From a virus (lineage: Duplodnaviria > Caudoviricetes), in the IMG/VR virus record IMGVR_UViG_3300030060_004062, positions 1 to 54,473 of that record: a DNA stretch of 54,473 bases; one strand, given 5' to 3'. Shown piece after piece: positions 18,945-28,802 of the stretch (the first letter of the stretch is position 1; each line of letters starts with the position of its first letter). A model generated the notes under the pieces. The model did no database searches, was not told the DNA's origin, and saw nothing but the letters and a program-made list of their open reading frames with translations. The position numbers and the translations under genes were made by a program.

Positions 18945-19279
18945 CACAAAAAACCCTTTCCGAGTCGTGTTTTCAATCCAACCTTCTCAGACGTTGCGTT
19001 GAACTTATCCATCACAGCCTGATCAAGATCAATTCCGTATTCCATTGCAATCAGGTCAGCGCAGATAATTACGTCAGCAAGTTCCTGAGAGAGATGTTCT
19101 ACCGTATCCCGTGATCCTGCAATGCCCATACGCTCACGTTCAAGTTTCTTGATTACGTTACATGCTTCACCAACCTCTCCGCAAAGTTCATTTCCACGGT
19201 ATGATGGTGTGATCTGACCGCCAGAATCCCATTCCTTTTGTCTCGCAACGTTAGCTTCTCGTAGTGTCGTGTAAATCAT
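18944..19279 (-). CDS. MazG-like nucleotide pyrophosphohydrolase
   Basis: ELCGEVGEACNVIKK...ELADVII...KFN; AGGAG RBS. Confidence 0.85.
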   Translation of the reverse strand: MIYTTLREANVARQKEWDSGGQITPSYRGNELCGEVGEACNVIKKLERERMGIAGSRDTVEHLSQELADVIICADLIAMEYGIDLDQAVMDKFNATSEKVGLKTRLGKGFL

Positions 19280-19289
19280 AATTCTCTCC

Positions 19290-19919
19290 TCATTTAATCC
19301 CAAACGCGCCATTATAAGCCAATACCGCGTCATTTACCTTCGATTTGAAACCAGAAACTTCCGATTCCATGCATTTAATGAACTCGTCATCACGCTCAAC
19401 GCGAATCCTGAAAGAACGCAAATCAGGATGATAGAACCACAAATCATTCCATTTACGCTCTGCAACCCACATTTCGCACTGGCACTGAGTGAAGTAATCA
19501 GTCGGAACTTTCTGCGTTACGTAGCTCTCAAGCAGAACCTTCATGTGATTGTCGTTCTTTAGACACTTGATCTGCATCATTCCGTCATCACCAACCAAGC
19601 CATCAGGGCTGCATCCAGCGGTCATTTCGTCATTGGTGATAAACCCAATCAGTTGCACATCGCAATCAAACTCGAACTCGTAAAGGCTGCGCGCCTCTTC
19701 CTCTAGCTCATGTCCGCGATCAGTCCATCGGTTGCCCTCCCATTTATCCAAGGGCTTTCCTGCGATAATGCTAGACGCCTTGTCATATGCATACTTCTTA
19801 GCAGATGCAGACGGCTTTCCTTGTGTCGTGATGATGTTTGACATTTCGGAAGCCGTTGCAACCTTGCTACGCAGCGCATACCACTCGTCTGTGTTTTGCT
19901 CTACGTTGTGGATTTTCAC
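19290..19919 (-). CDS. YqaJ / lambda exonuclease-like protein
   Basis: EQNTDEW..LR...TASE, GHELEEEAR, GCSPDGLV, IKC and Y..QCQ. Confidence 0.9.
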   Translation of the reverse strand: MKIHNVEQNTDEWYALRSKVATASEMSNIITTQGKPSASAKKYAYDKASSIIAGKPLDKWEGNRWTDRGHELEEEARSLYEFEFDCDVQLIGFITNDEMTAGCSPDGLVGDDGMMQIKCLKNDNHMKVLLESYVTQKVPTDYFTQCQCEMWVAERKWNDLWFYHPDLRSFRIRVERDDEFIKCMESEVSGFKSKVNDAVLAYNGAFGIK

Positions 19920-20134
19920 GAGCAAACCTCTTTCAAAACGATAACGCAATCATCTGGTTTCGGCTTCTCGTGGTCTGATGCGTCATCAAAAGGTGGTGGA
20001 TTGTTTCTGAAAGACCTGTCAGCAAAAACAAATGCATACTCACTTTGATCAAGTGCGTCGGCAATCATAGCTAAGACATACGATTTTCCTGTCTGAACCT
20101 TTCCAGACACAGTGATCTCAATTACATCAACCAT
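19916..20134 (-). CDS. Hypothetical protein with P-loop-like GKVQTGKS
   Basis: Coupled between ERF and the exonuclease. Confidence 0.55.
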   Translation of the reverse strand: MVDVIEITVSGKVQTGKSYVLAMIADALDQSEYAFVFADRSFRNNPPPFDDASDHEKPKPDDCVIVLKEVCS

Positions 20135-20883
20135 TATTCTTCATTCTCCTTTGGAAACTGAGCCATAGCCTTTTCAAATTGCTGATGGTTTAATTGCAGC
20201 AAACTATTGACCTTGAAATATGCAAGAAGCTTTTCTTTGTTCTTGCCGTGTTTCTCGATCAGTTTATCAAGCGTTTCGGCTTGTTCTTCCGTAATGAAGT
20301 TACCACCAGCCGCGTTACCGTCGTCGTCTTCATCAACCATCGTGACGTTGAAGATCAGGCACAGTAGATAGCGACGACCATAGCTGATTGTTGACCCAAA
20401 ACCATGAGTCGCAGACTTGTTTGCCTTTCCGCTTGGCCCAGCCATATCAGCCGGAATATCCGACTTGTAATCCTTGCTGTAACCATCCGTATGTGAAACC
20501 GTGCAAGTCACACCGTAATGACCATCAAGGTTTGACTGGAACGTACCAAACGAAACGCTAAACCCGTTCTCAGTAATCACCGGCATGATTGCCTTTGATA
20601 CCGTTTCCAGACGAGCGTACTTAGACTTGGTATGGCTATTTTCAGCATCACGCACAACTTGAGGAATACTAGCCTGCGCAAGACGCATTGCCGCATTGAA
20701 CTTTTCCTTGCGGTCCTGCTCAAGCATCTTCTCGCGCATTTCCCAAAGACGTTCCATCTTGTCGATGTCTACGCTTTCGTCACGCGCAGCACGTTCGATC
20801 ATCGACAACATAGCCATGGTTGCATCTTGTTCCTGATGCTCCACAACCGCGTTATCTTCTTTCTTTGCTAGTTCGTTAGTCAT
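20134..20883 (-). CDS. ERF family ssDNA-annealing protein
   Basis: KYA.LE and GSTISYGRRYLLCLIFN...DEDDDG. Confidence 0.9.
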   Translation of the reverse strand: MTNELAKKEDNAVVEHQEQDATMAMLSMIERAARDESVDIDKMERLWEMREKMLEQDRKEKFNAAMRLAQASIPQVVRDAENSHTKSKYARLETVSKAIMPVITENGFSVSFGTFQSNLDGHYGVTCTVSHTDGYSKDYKSDIPADMAGPSGKANKSATHGFGSTISYGRRYLLCLIFNVTMVDEDDDGNAAGGNFITEEQAETLDKLIEKHGKNKEKLLAYFKVNSLLQLNHQQFEKAMAQFPKENEE

Positions 20884-20894
20884 TTGCGTTCTCC

Positions 20895-21482
20895 TCAGTT
20901 ATCAAACCAAAATACAATGCGAAAGTCTTTTGCGGCATCCTCGTTAACCCTGCCATCGTCATAAATCCAGAACGTCTCTTTCGCTCGTTTTTCTACGCAC
21001 TCAATCAGGTGATTCATTACGCACTCATCAACCCACCATTCGCGAAACACATAATCTTGGGCGGTAGTTGACTTGCACCACATTTTGGGAAGAACACCAT
21101 TCTCATCAAGGTTACGTGCCACATCTTCATGAACCATGCCACGAACTTTGTATGAGTGATTGTTGTCTTGGTAATTATATAACTCAAACAAAGTCAAATA
21201 ACTATGCGAGTGACCGTCAAGGCCCCATCTTTCGCAATCATCTGAAATTTGCTTTGAACAATCAGAAGGCATTCCTTTTGGTTCTAATTCATTTAATTGA
21301 GAACCATCACTGCGAACTGAAGCTAACGCAGAAAACAACCGATAATCCCTGCCAGAGTAGATAGGTACAACCGTGTATTCTCCGTCGTAATGATCAATCT
21401 CAAAATGGTCGGAGCAAAGCCATACTTTTTCACCGTTAAGGTGACGTTTAGCCTCGCAATGAATGTGAATATCGCAACCCAT
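20895..21482 (-). CDS. Conserved phage hypothetical protein (MGCDIH...RIVFWFDN family)
   Basis: MGCDIH, GRDY.LF..LA.VR, HSHSYLTL.EL and RIVFWFDN. Confidence 0.8.
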   Translation of the reverse strand: MGCDIHIHCEAKRHLNGEKVWLCSDHFEIDHYDGEYTVVPIYSGRDYRLFSALASVRSDGSQLNELEPKGMPSDCSKQISDDCERWGLDGHSHSYLTLFELYNYQDNNHSYKVRGMVHEDVARNLDENGVLPKMWCKSTTAQDYVFREWWVDECVMNHLIECVEKRAKETFWIYDDGRVNEDAAKDFRIVFWFDN

Positions 21483-21509
21483 TTAATCCTCCACAATTAA
21501 CTCACACGC

Positions 21510-21601
21510 CCTTATATCATGCCGACGAATAACGTCAACATAAAAATAACGATAATTAACGTTAAAAATGTGTTGACTTGTAACTATGAGTGACGTAATT
21601 T
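21510..21601. promoter_or_regulatory. Divergent sigma70-like promoter pair
   Basis: TTGACG..TATAAG (minus) and TTGACT-17-TAATTT (plus); the spacer is homologous to 5849-5893. Confidence 0.75.
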
Positions 21602-21630
21602 GCAGATGGTTTTTATCAATGGAGTGCGAG

Positions 21631-21903
21631 ATGCGCCAAGAAGATTTTGAGAAGTTTTTGTCTAAGTTTGATCACCTTATGCCTGATGTTTCAGAGGTTG
21701 AAAGTCGGGATCATATCGGTATTTCAAATAAGCTGGATGAGGCTTGCCTTGGATACAAAAAAGAACCTCAGAAGCTATGCGAAAAGCTGATGAATAACCC
21801 CAAGTTCTATGAACGTTTCATTGAAAAACGTACAAGCGTTGCAGACAATGAACGTTTTGAGTGTCGCCTTGATGCTTGGGTAAAATGGCAGGAGTCAAAG
21901 TGA
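21631..21903 (+). CDS. Hypothetical protein
   Basis: GGAG RBS before MRQEDF. Confidence 0.6.
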   Translation: MRQEDFEKFLSKFDHLMPDVSEVESRDHIGISNKLDEACLGYKKEPQKLCEKLMNNPKFYERFIEKRTSVADNERFECRLDAWVKWQESK

Positions 21904-22087
21904 TGGAGTGGGTTTGGGAGCAGTGGTATGTTGCTTTATTTATGTCTCTGCTATTGATTCTCTCTGTCAATAAAGCGTTGAAAATTATTGAGAGAGAAAA
22001 TGGTAGAATTTCAAGTGTGTTGGGCGCATTAACCGGAGTATCTCTTTATGTCGTTGCTCTCTATGCCTTGAGGACTGGTGGGTTCTT

Positions 22088-22510
22088 TTGAAATTAGTAT
22101 TTCCGTTTGATCCAGTGCCGAAGGGAAGGCCGCGCTTTAATGGTCATGCGTACACACCTAAACGCACTCGTGACGCGGAAAAAGCTATCAGAGAATATGC
22201 TTCGTTAATTTGGAAAGGTGAGGCTATTGACAAGCCTATTGTTGTTAACTTCACCTTCCGTTTCAAGGTTTCTAAGTCTTGGGCTAAGTCGAAAAAAGAG
22301 AAAGCCTTGAGCGGTGAACTCAAGCACGTATCAAGGCCAGATCGTGACAACCTAGAAAAGATGGTGTCAGACGCACTAAACGGTATTGTTTGGGTTGATG
22401 ATAGTCAGATTTACGACGGTAGATCACGAAAAGAATATGCCGAACACGGGGAGATTGTTGTTGAAATAGGAGAGGAAGATGGACGAGAAAACGGAACAGG
22501 CAGCGCGTGA
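22088..22510 (+). CDS. rusA: RusA family Holliday junction resolvase
   Basis: PVPKGRPR...RPDRDNLEK...DALNGIVWVDDSQI. Confidence 0.92.
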   Translation: MKLVFPFDPVPKGRPRFNGHAYTPKRTRDAEKAIREYASLIWKGEAIDKPIVVNFTFRFKVSKSWAKSKKEKALSGELKHVSRPDRDNLEKMVSDALNGIVWVDDSQIYDGRSRKEYAEHGEIVVEIGEEDGRENGTGSA

Positions 22511-22599
22511 TTGCACTGCACACACTGAAATAGATGACGACATGATGACAACGTTTCAGCGCATTCTATTGTTGTTGAAACGCTTGCGGAAGAAATAAG

Positions 22600-22806
22600 A
22601 TGAAAAAACTTAACTATGGAAAGCCAATTGATATAGCAGTTGGTGTTTTGGTTGATAGTGGTTTTCGCGCTCATAAAGATCATGAGGGTAACTGCTATCT
22701 AGATGGCCGCCTTGTGATGGCTCGTGATGTTGTCATCAAGGCTAACAAGGTTTTGGAAGATAAGGGGATGCGAAAAATTCGCTATCCGGGTGTTTTGGAG
22801 GGTTAA
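22600..22806 (+). CDS. Hypothetical protein
   Basis: In operon, before ssb. Confidence 0.55.
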   Translation: MKKLNYGKPIDIAVGVLVDSGFRAHKDHEGNCYLDGRLVMARDVVIKANKVLEDKGMRKIRYPGVLEG

Positions 22807-22807
22807 A

Positions 22808-23257
22808 ATGAAAAACAAATGCAATTTTATCGGTCGTGTTGGGCAAGACCCGCAAGTGAACCAAACAGGCAATGGCGTCAAGGTAGCTAATGTGTCTATT
22901 GCCGTGTCTGAAAAGTTTAAGGATGGACAAGGAAATCAACAAGAGCGCACTGAATGGGTTCGCTTGATCTTTTGGGGCAATCGTAATGGCGATGGCTTGG
23001 CTGGTGTCGTTGAACGATTCGTCAAAAAAGGCGACTTGATCGACGTTGAATCCAAGTTGCAAACTCGCAAATGGACCGACCAAAGCGGTCAAGAAAAATA
23101 CAACACAGAATTTGTTGTTACTGATCTTGTTATGCTTGGCGGTAACAAAAACGGCGGATCGAACAACAACTCTGGCGGATCTGGCGATGGCTGGGGTAAA
23201 GGTGGGTCTTCTGGTCGCGGAAGTCCAGACTTGGACGGCGATCCAATTCCGTTCTAA
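22808..23257 (+). CDS. ssb: Single-stranded DNA-binding protein
   Basis: OB fold (IGRVGQDP...TEW...LQTRKW.D), Gly-rich linker and DPIPF tail. Confidence 0.95.
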   Translation: MKNKCNFIGRVGQDPQVNQTGNGVKVANVSIAVSEKFKDGQGNQQERTEWVRLIFWGNRNGDGLAGVVERFVKKGDLIDVESKLQTRKWTDQSGQEKYNTEFVVTDLVMLGGNKNGGSNNNSGGSGDGWGKGGSSGRGSPDLDGDPIPF

Positions 23258-23469
23258 TGGACAATTTAATATCTGCCGCAAAACTAGCAAAGAAACTCAG
23301 CAACGGATTCATCAGAACCATAACGCTTGAGTTAACCGAGTACGGCGTGATTGTAAGATGTCATGCCGTAAACGGAACTACGTACGGTCATACTGTGCGG
23401 TTGGAGTGCGCATGGTGTGACATAGATGAACTAGATAAAACTATCAGAAGGGTTGAAGAAATCCTTTAA
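23257..23469 (+). CDS. Hypothetical protein
   Basis: TAATG coupling. Confidence 0.55.
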   Translation: MDNLISAAKLAKKLSNGFIRTITLELTEYGVIVRCHAVNGTTYGHTVRLECAWCDIDELDKTIRRVEEIL

Positions 23470-23475
23470 GGAGAT

Positions 23476-24990
23476 GTGATGGAGATCGCAAGTTGGCCGC
23501 ACCAGATACGCGGCATTGAAATGTTGCGCCAAAGCCTGATGTCTGGTCATAAAAGGCCGCTTCTACAGGCGCCCACCGGATCCGGCAAGACGCGCCTAGC
23601 AGCGCAAATCACCAGAAATGCGCTTGATAAAGGTAAAAAAGTTGCTTTCACGGCACCGGCTATCGGACTGATTGATCAAACCGTTCAATCATTTTACGAA
23701 CTTGGAATTGACAGCGTAGGGGTTATTCAAGCCGACCACCATATGACTGACTGGTCAAAGCCGGTGCAGATCATTAGCCCTATGACGTTGAACCGTCGAG
23801 AAAACTACCCAGATGCAAATTTGGTTCTTGTCGATGAGGCTCACGAAAAGCAAGAAGTCATAAAAAAATGGATGGATCAATATCCAAACATTACATTTAT
23901 TGGCTTGTCCGCAACTCCATGGTCAAAGGGTCTTGGTGACTGGTACGACGATCTAATTAAGCCAACCTTTATTAAGGAACTTATTAGTAAAGGTTATTTG
24001 AGCAAATGGAAGGCTTGGAGTCCTGATCACCCAGATAGAAGCGGCCTAGTAAAGACGGTAAACAAAGAAGGCATTGAAGACTATACAGATAGATCAATGC
24101 TTGCGACTATGGATAAAAAGCCCCTTGTTGCAAAGATCGTTCAGAATTGGATTGAAAATGGAGAGAATCGACCGACCTTTTGCTTTTGCGTAAACCGTAA
24201 ACACGCTAGGTCTATTCAAGAGGAATTTGAGGCGGCAAATATTCCTTGTGGATATATCGACGCCTTTACTAAACCACACGAACGAGAACAACTAAAAAAA
24301 GACTTCCACGAAGGAAAAATTAAAGTTGTTTGCAATGTTGGTTGCTTAACTCGTGGTATTGATTGGGTTGTTTCTTGCGCTATTCTTGCAAGGCCACTGC
24401 GATCAGATATGCTTTACGTTCAAATTATTGGTCGTGTATTACGCAAAGATCAATGGGAATACGCATATATTTTTGATCACTCTGACACGTTTGATACGCT
24501 TGGATCATTCGAGGATATTGACTATTCTCGTTTGCACACTGCGGAACTTGATGAACAGATCAAGAAAGAACGTGACGATAACCGCAAGAAGTCAAAAACC
24601 CGTGAGTGTCCAAAGTGCAAATCGGTTATTCCGCCCGGTCAATCTGTTTGCGGATGTGGGTTTAAGCCCGAGCCGATTCATGATGTTGAATTGGTTGACG
24701 GTAGACTAAAAGAATACGGATCAAAATCAGATGAGAAGCCAAAGAACAGCGTAAACATGAAAGGCAAGGAAATACCTAACCGTGACTTCTACGCAATGCT
24801 TTTGCACCATGCTGAAAAGAAGGGATATGCGGCTGGATGGGCACCCAATCAATACAAAAAAAAGATTGGCGAATACCCGAACGAGCACAAAAACGTAACG
24901 CCAATTAAACCAGTATCGGAGGTGCAATCATGGATCAAAGCAATGGGGATTCGGTACGCAATGGGCAAGAAGAAAGCGAGGAGTTCCTAG
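23476..24990 (+). CDS. Superfamily 2 DEAD/DEAH-box helicase with Zn finger
   Basis: APTGSGKT, DEAH, SAT, QIIGRVLR and CPKC...C.CG. Confidence 0.92.
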   Translation: MMEIASWPHQIRGIEMLRQSLMSGHKRPLLQAPTGSGKTRLAAQITRNALDKGKKVAFTAPAIGLIDQTVQSFYELGIDSVGVIQADHHMTDWSKPVQIISPMTLNRRENYPDANLVLVDEAHEKQEVIKKWMDQYPNITFIGLSATPWSKGLGDWYDDLIKPTFIKELISKGYLSKWKAWSPDHPDRSGLVKTVNKEGIEDYTDRSMLATMDKKPLVAKIVQNWIENGENRPTFCFCVNRKHARSIQEEFEAANIPCGYIDAFTKPHEREQLKKDFHEGKIKVVCNVGCLTRGIDWVVSCAILARPLRSDMLYVQIIGRVLRKDQWEYAYIFDHSDTFDTLGSFEDIDYSRLHTAELDEQIKKERDDNRKKSKTRECPKCKSVIPPGQSVCGCGFKPEPIHDVELVDGRLKEYGSKSDEKPKNSVNMKGKEIPNRDFYAMLLHHAEKKGYAAGWAPNQYKKKIGEYPNEHKNVTPIKPVSEVQSWIKAMGIRYAMGKKKARSS

Positions 24991-25325
24991 AGCGTGTTTC
25001 TATTTGCATGTTTGATGGTGGTTTACCGGAAGATTGGGCTAGGTCTGTAGCTAAGATATCAACATCATGGAGGCCAGAGGGCGTGTTTCCTTCAAGATGG
25101 AAAGTTATGGTGGATGATGCCTGCAAGGCCGCGCAAGGATGGTGGCAAGCGTTTGAGGACAACGATTGGTCAACAGATGACCTAAAGGGGCTTGTGCCCA
25201 TCTTAAACGGACGTGAGGTTGTTGAAGTAGGAATTGCATCCGTTACACTAAGTGATGGAGAGAAGGTTCACAGAAGGCCGCAAGGTGATGGTGTGGCTAA
25301 GTGGGATGAAGGATTTAGGAAATGA
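24930..25325 (+). CDS. Hypothetical protein
   Basis: EEFLERVSICMFDGGL motif; GGAGG RBS. Confidence 0.6.
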   Translation: MDQSNGDSVRNGQEESEEFLERVSICMFDGGLPEDWARSVAKISTSWRPEGVFPSRWKVMVDDACKAAQGWWQAFEDNDWSTDDLKGLVPILNGREVVEVGIASVTLSDGEKVHRRPQGDGVAKWDEGFRK

Positions 25326-26017
25326 AACACGCACGAAAAGAAATTATTGGTGATTGTGTCTTGTATCATGGAGACTGCATGGAGATTATGAAAGAACTTG
25401 ATATGGTTGATGCTGTTGTTACCGATCCTCCGTATGGTATTGGAGAGAGCAACAAAAAAGGTCAATCGCGCGGTAAAATGGCAAAGCCAAAAAACTATAA
25501 GGGCGCAGACGGATGGGATGAAAAACCAGCATCCAAGGAGTGCATAGAAAAAATCAGGTCAATTTCAAAAAATCAAATAATCTTTGGTGGAAATTACTTT
25601 GATGGATTGGGATCAACTTCATGCTGGCTAGTTTGGGACAAGCAAAATGGCAGCAACGATTTCGCCGACTGCGAATTAGCTTGGACAAATTTAGATAAAG
25701 CAGTTAGGCGCATATATTGGCGATGGAACGGAATGATAAGAAAAGGCAATGACATTAGAGAGCATCCGACGCAAAAACCTGTCGGTGTTATGGAGTGGTG
25801 CCTAACTCATGTCCCTGATGCGCAAACAATTCTTGATCCGTTCATGGGAAGCGGAACAACTCTAGTTGCGTGCGCCAAGATGGGTCGCAAAGGCATCGGC
25901 ATTGAACTTGACCCAGAGTATTTTGACATAGCCTGTAAGCGTGTTGAGGAAGCATATAAACAGCCTGATATGTTCGTACAGGTGCAAAAGAAACCAGAAC
26001 AAGACAGTATGTTTTGA
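25322..26017 (+). CDS. N6-A/N4-C DNA methyltransferase (beta class)
   Basis: TDPPY precedes HPTQKP and DPFMGSGTT. Confidence 0.92.
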   Translation: MKHARKEIIGDCVLYHGDCMEIMKELDMVDAVVTDPPYGIGESNKKGQSRGKMAKPKNYKGADGWDEKPASKECIEKIRSISKNQIIFGGNYFDGLGSTSCWLVWDKQNGSNDFADCELAWTNLDKAVRRIYWRWNGMIRKGNDIREHPTQKPVGVMEWCLTHVPDAQTILDPFMGSGTTLVACAKMGRKGIGIELDPEYFDIACKRVEEAYKQPDMFVQVQKKPEQDSMF

Positions 26018-26166
26018 TAGAGTTCTATGTATTGCATAATGACATGCTGAAACTTGAAATATGCCCTGCTTGGAAAGATATATATTGCTCATTCGATAAT
26101 TCAAGAATGTCGATGATTGGGCATCATGGCTTTCATGCTGTCACAGTGGTTTTTGAGGGGTGATAA

Positions 26167-27078
26167 ATGACACTTTTGGAGAGGTGTGAGGGTAGATGGT
26201 TCGACATTCTGGCAACGCTAGGAATTGACAAATCTTTCTTGTCCGGCAGAAATGGTCCTTGTCCAATGTGCTCTGGTAGAGATCGCTGGAGGTGGACAGA
26301 TCACAAGCAGGCTGGAATGTGGGTTTGCAATCAATGCGGAACTGGTAACGGCATAAATCTTTTGATGCAATATCACGGATGGGACTTTAAACAATGCGCC
26401 CAAGAAATTGAAAAAATCATTGGATCGACCACGTATCACAAGCAAAAGAAACCATCTGAAGATGAGTGTTTAGATAAAATGCGGGCGGTGTGGTCGTCAA
26501 CTAAGCCTGTGACAAAAGGCGATCCTGTTGACAAGTACCTTTGTTCTCGCAATATCGACTTGCCACGGTTCCCCAAGATTATGAGGTATGCGCCGCTTTT
26601 GCATCATCCCGATGGCAGATTTCACGGAATGGTCTGCGCTATCTCAGATGCACAAGGAAAGATTGTTAACCTTCACCGCACGTTCCTGAACGAAGATGGA
26701 ACTAAGACGGAAACTACCAAGGCCAAAAACAAGCTAACTATGCGTGGTTCAATTCCAGAAGGAAGCTCAATCAAGCTATACGGCCACAAAGGCCGTTTAG
26801 CGATTGCTGAGGGAATAGAAACGGCACTTAGGTATATGGTGCTACATAAAGTCCCAGCGTGGCCCTGCGTGGCCTCAAAACGGCTCTCTACGTTTATGCC
26901 AGACGATGATGTAACGGAATTGATCATTGCGGGCGACAACGACGAATCGTTCACTGGGCAAAAAGCTATGTTCGAAGCTGCGAATAGAATTTGGGTTGAA
27001 CGAAAAAAGCGCGGTATACCGATTAAGATCACACCGCACCTTGCACCAGATTTAGGGAAAGATTGGGCCGATTATTAA
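26167..27078 (+). CDS. Primase (Zn-binding domain plus TOPRIM)
   Basis: GPCPMCSGRDR...CNQCG, HRTFL, AEGIETAL, GDND and DWAD. Confidence 0.88.
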   Translation: MTLLERCEGRWFDILATLGIDKSFLSGRNGPCPMCSGRDRWRWTDHKQAGMWVCNQCGTGNGINLLMQYHGWDFKQCAQEIEKIIGSTTYHKQKKPSEDECLDKMRAVWSSTKPVTKGDPVDKYLCSRNIDLPRFPKIMRYAPLLHHPDGRFHGMVCAISDAQGKIVNLHRTFLNEDGTKTETTKAKNKLTMRGSIPEGSSIKLYGHKGRLAIAEGIETALRYMVLHKVPAWPCVASKRLSTFMPDDDVTELIIAGDNDESFTGQKAMFEAANRIWVERKKRGIPIKITPHLAPDLGKDWADY

Positions 27079-27111
27079 TTTGACATGGCCCTTCTTATCG
27101 CCTAAATACGA

Positions 27112-27228
27112 ATTGTGATGAGATATCCATCCGGTGTTATTTTTTAAAACACATTAAACATATGAAAGGCCGGTTTCTTTATCGGTTTGCTTTCGGTTTT
27201 CGGTGGTCCCCCCGTATCTCCTCACAAT
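27112..27228 (+). ncRNA. Candidate ~115-nt structured sRNA
   Basis: TTGACA-17-TAAATA promoter at 27080-27108; the ends pair as ATTGTGA-T-GAGATAT / GTATCTC-C-TCACAAT; internal hairpins; no ORF. Confidence 0.45.
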
Positions 27229-27229
27229 C

Positions 27230-28402
27230 TTAGTTTAGAGACTCAACAACTACATTCATGTCAGAGACAGTTATGTTGGTTGTCGCGCTAGTGTTCTCAA
27301 CAAAAACCTCAATGTAATCGTTCTCGTTTAGTTCTACGACTGTCTGAACCACGGTATTTTCAGAACGACCAGATGAGTTCGCAGTGGTGTATGTCTCACT
27401 ATTATCTACAACCGTTCCGTTTAGTGCGATATACGATCCGATAACGTTGTTTGTTCCAGAAGTGAACGACAAAACAGCAGTTACCTTGTATGCCCGAACG
27501 ATTGCCCCGTCAGACGTAAGGCGATTATTCGCGTGAGTGAAACGCTGAGTGATAGGTTCAACCGTAGTTGTTCCAGCCACTTTAACGGGTGTATTAGTTG
27601 CCGCAATGACCGTGGCTGTCGCATTACCAGTCATTGTCATATGAGCAATGTTTGCACTGTTAATTACGCCACTGCAATCCGACCAGTTTGATTTGTCGTC
27701 GTCGTATTGGACTCCGGTTGTGTATGTTCCCGATCCAGAAAAGTTAACGGTGTCTAGGATGTATCCTTCAACTGGGATTGTTGCCGAAACATCAGCATTA
27801 ATTCCTGTTGCTCCAGACGTAACCACAAAAACAGAGTTGGTAACACGCAATCTACGTGTGAGGGTTAATGTTGATGGAAGAATTAATCCTGTTCCGCCAG
27901 AGGCTGGTTGGATCAGGCTGTCAGAAAAAACAATAGAACCAATTGTTCCATCAAATGTTAGGTTCGAACTGTTCAGAATAGCGCATGTATTAAATACAGC
28001 GTTGTTGTAGCCTGCAATAGTGCCAACATTAGCGCAGTTTGTGAAGTTGAATGCCAGCCAGTCAAGTGCTTGGTTAGCATTTGCTGTGGCATCAAGATCA
28101 ACAGCGGTTCCATGGGTAATAGTGAAGAACCGACATATGATTGTCCACTCACTAGTCAGAAGTGCAGTTCCAGCATCAAGCCCGGTACTGACCAGAGACG
28201 TGTTTTCAGATGATCCACCGGCCAATGTATTGTTTTGCCCTGCTACGATTCTATCTCCTGTCAGATCAATATCACCATTCAGGTAATACGTTTTGTCATC
28301 CTCAAGCGTGATAATCCCTCCAACAGCGGTAGGAAAATCGGACTTGTGAGATACAAAGACAATGTTATCTTGTCCACCAGGAAGAACACCAACGCCAATC
28401 AT
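27230..28402 (-). CDS. Putative virion fibre or spike protein (beta-rich)
   Basis: 390 aa, Thr/Asn/Gly-rich with beta-helix-like repeats and a C1q/BclA-like C-terminus (ELNENDYIEVFVEN). Confidence 0.6.
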   Translation of the reverse strand: MIGVGVLPGGQDNIVFVSHKSDFPTAVGGIITLEDDKTYYLNGDIDLTGDRIVAGQNNTLAGGSSENTSLVSTGLDAGTALLTSEWTIICRFFTITHGTAVDLDATANANQALDWLAFNFTNCANVGTIAGYNNAVFNTCAILNSSNLTFDGTIGSIVFSDSLIQPASGGTGLILPSTLTLTRRLRVTNSVFVVTSGATGINADVSATIPVEGYILDTVNFSGSGTYTTGVQYDDDKSNWSDCSGVINSANIAHMTMTGNATATVIAATNTPVKVAGTTTVEPITQRFTHANNRLTSDGAIVRAYKVTAVLSFTSGTNNVIGSYIALNGTVVDNSETYTTANSSGRSENTVVQTVVELNENDYIEVFVENTSATTNITVSDMNVVVESLN

Positions 28403-28668
28403 TACGCAGCCTCCGAAATCACTGCAATGCTTTTAGAGTCATCAGGTCTTGCATAAATCTCGAAACCAGCTTGAGGCTTGATTGCAATTGATCCTTTAGG
28501 GAAAATAGTAATCCCCACGTCTGTTGCGCTTGGTGTTGTGCTTTTTTCGAACAATTCAATGGAAACTGTTCCACCATTCTGCAATGTGTAAACAACGTTA
28601 TCTGTTAGAGTCGATGTGATGTCGGTCCAAACATCTTCTGTAAGAGCTATGTTTATTGTATTAGCCAT
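28402..28668 (-). CDS. Small beta-rich putative virion protein
   Basis: MANTINIALTEDVW...; TAATG-coupled to the next gene. Confidence 0.6.
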   Translation of the reverse strand: MANTINIALTEDVWTDITSTLTDNVVYTLQNGGTVSIELFEKSTTPSATDVGITIFPKGSIAIKPQAGFEIYARPDDSKSIAVISEAA

Positions 28669-28802
28669 TTCTTGTTCCCGGTTTCGTCCTGCCGGGTTGA
28701 TCGGTACGCCGACGGGGCAGGACAAAACCGCCTACCTGTGTGCACCCAGAAACGCACCGATCAAGAACAAATATAGAACAAACACAATCTTAGGTAAATA
28801 AA

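Noticed and set aside
21545-21565. CtrA box (TTAA-N7-TTAA) in the divergent promoter
   Set aside because: Half-site sequence and spacing do not fit; kept only as an unnamed direct repeat.
28679-28730. Hammerhead suggested by GGACGAAAC
   Set aside because: No CUGANGA upstream of the stem.
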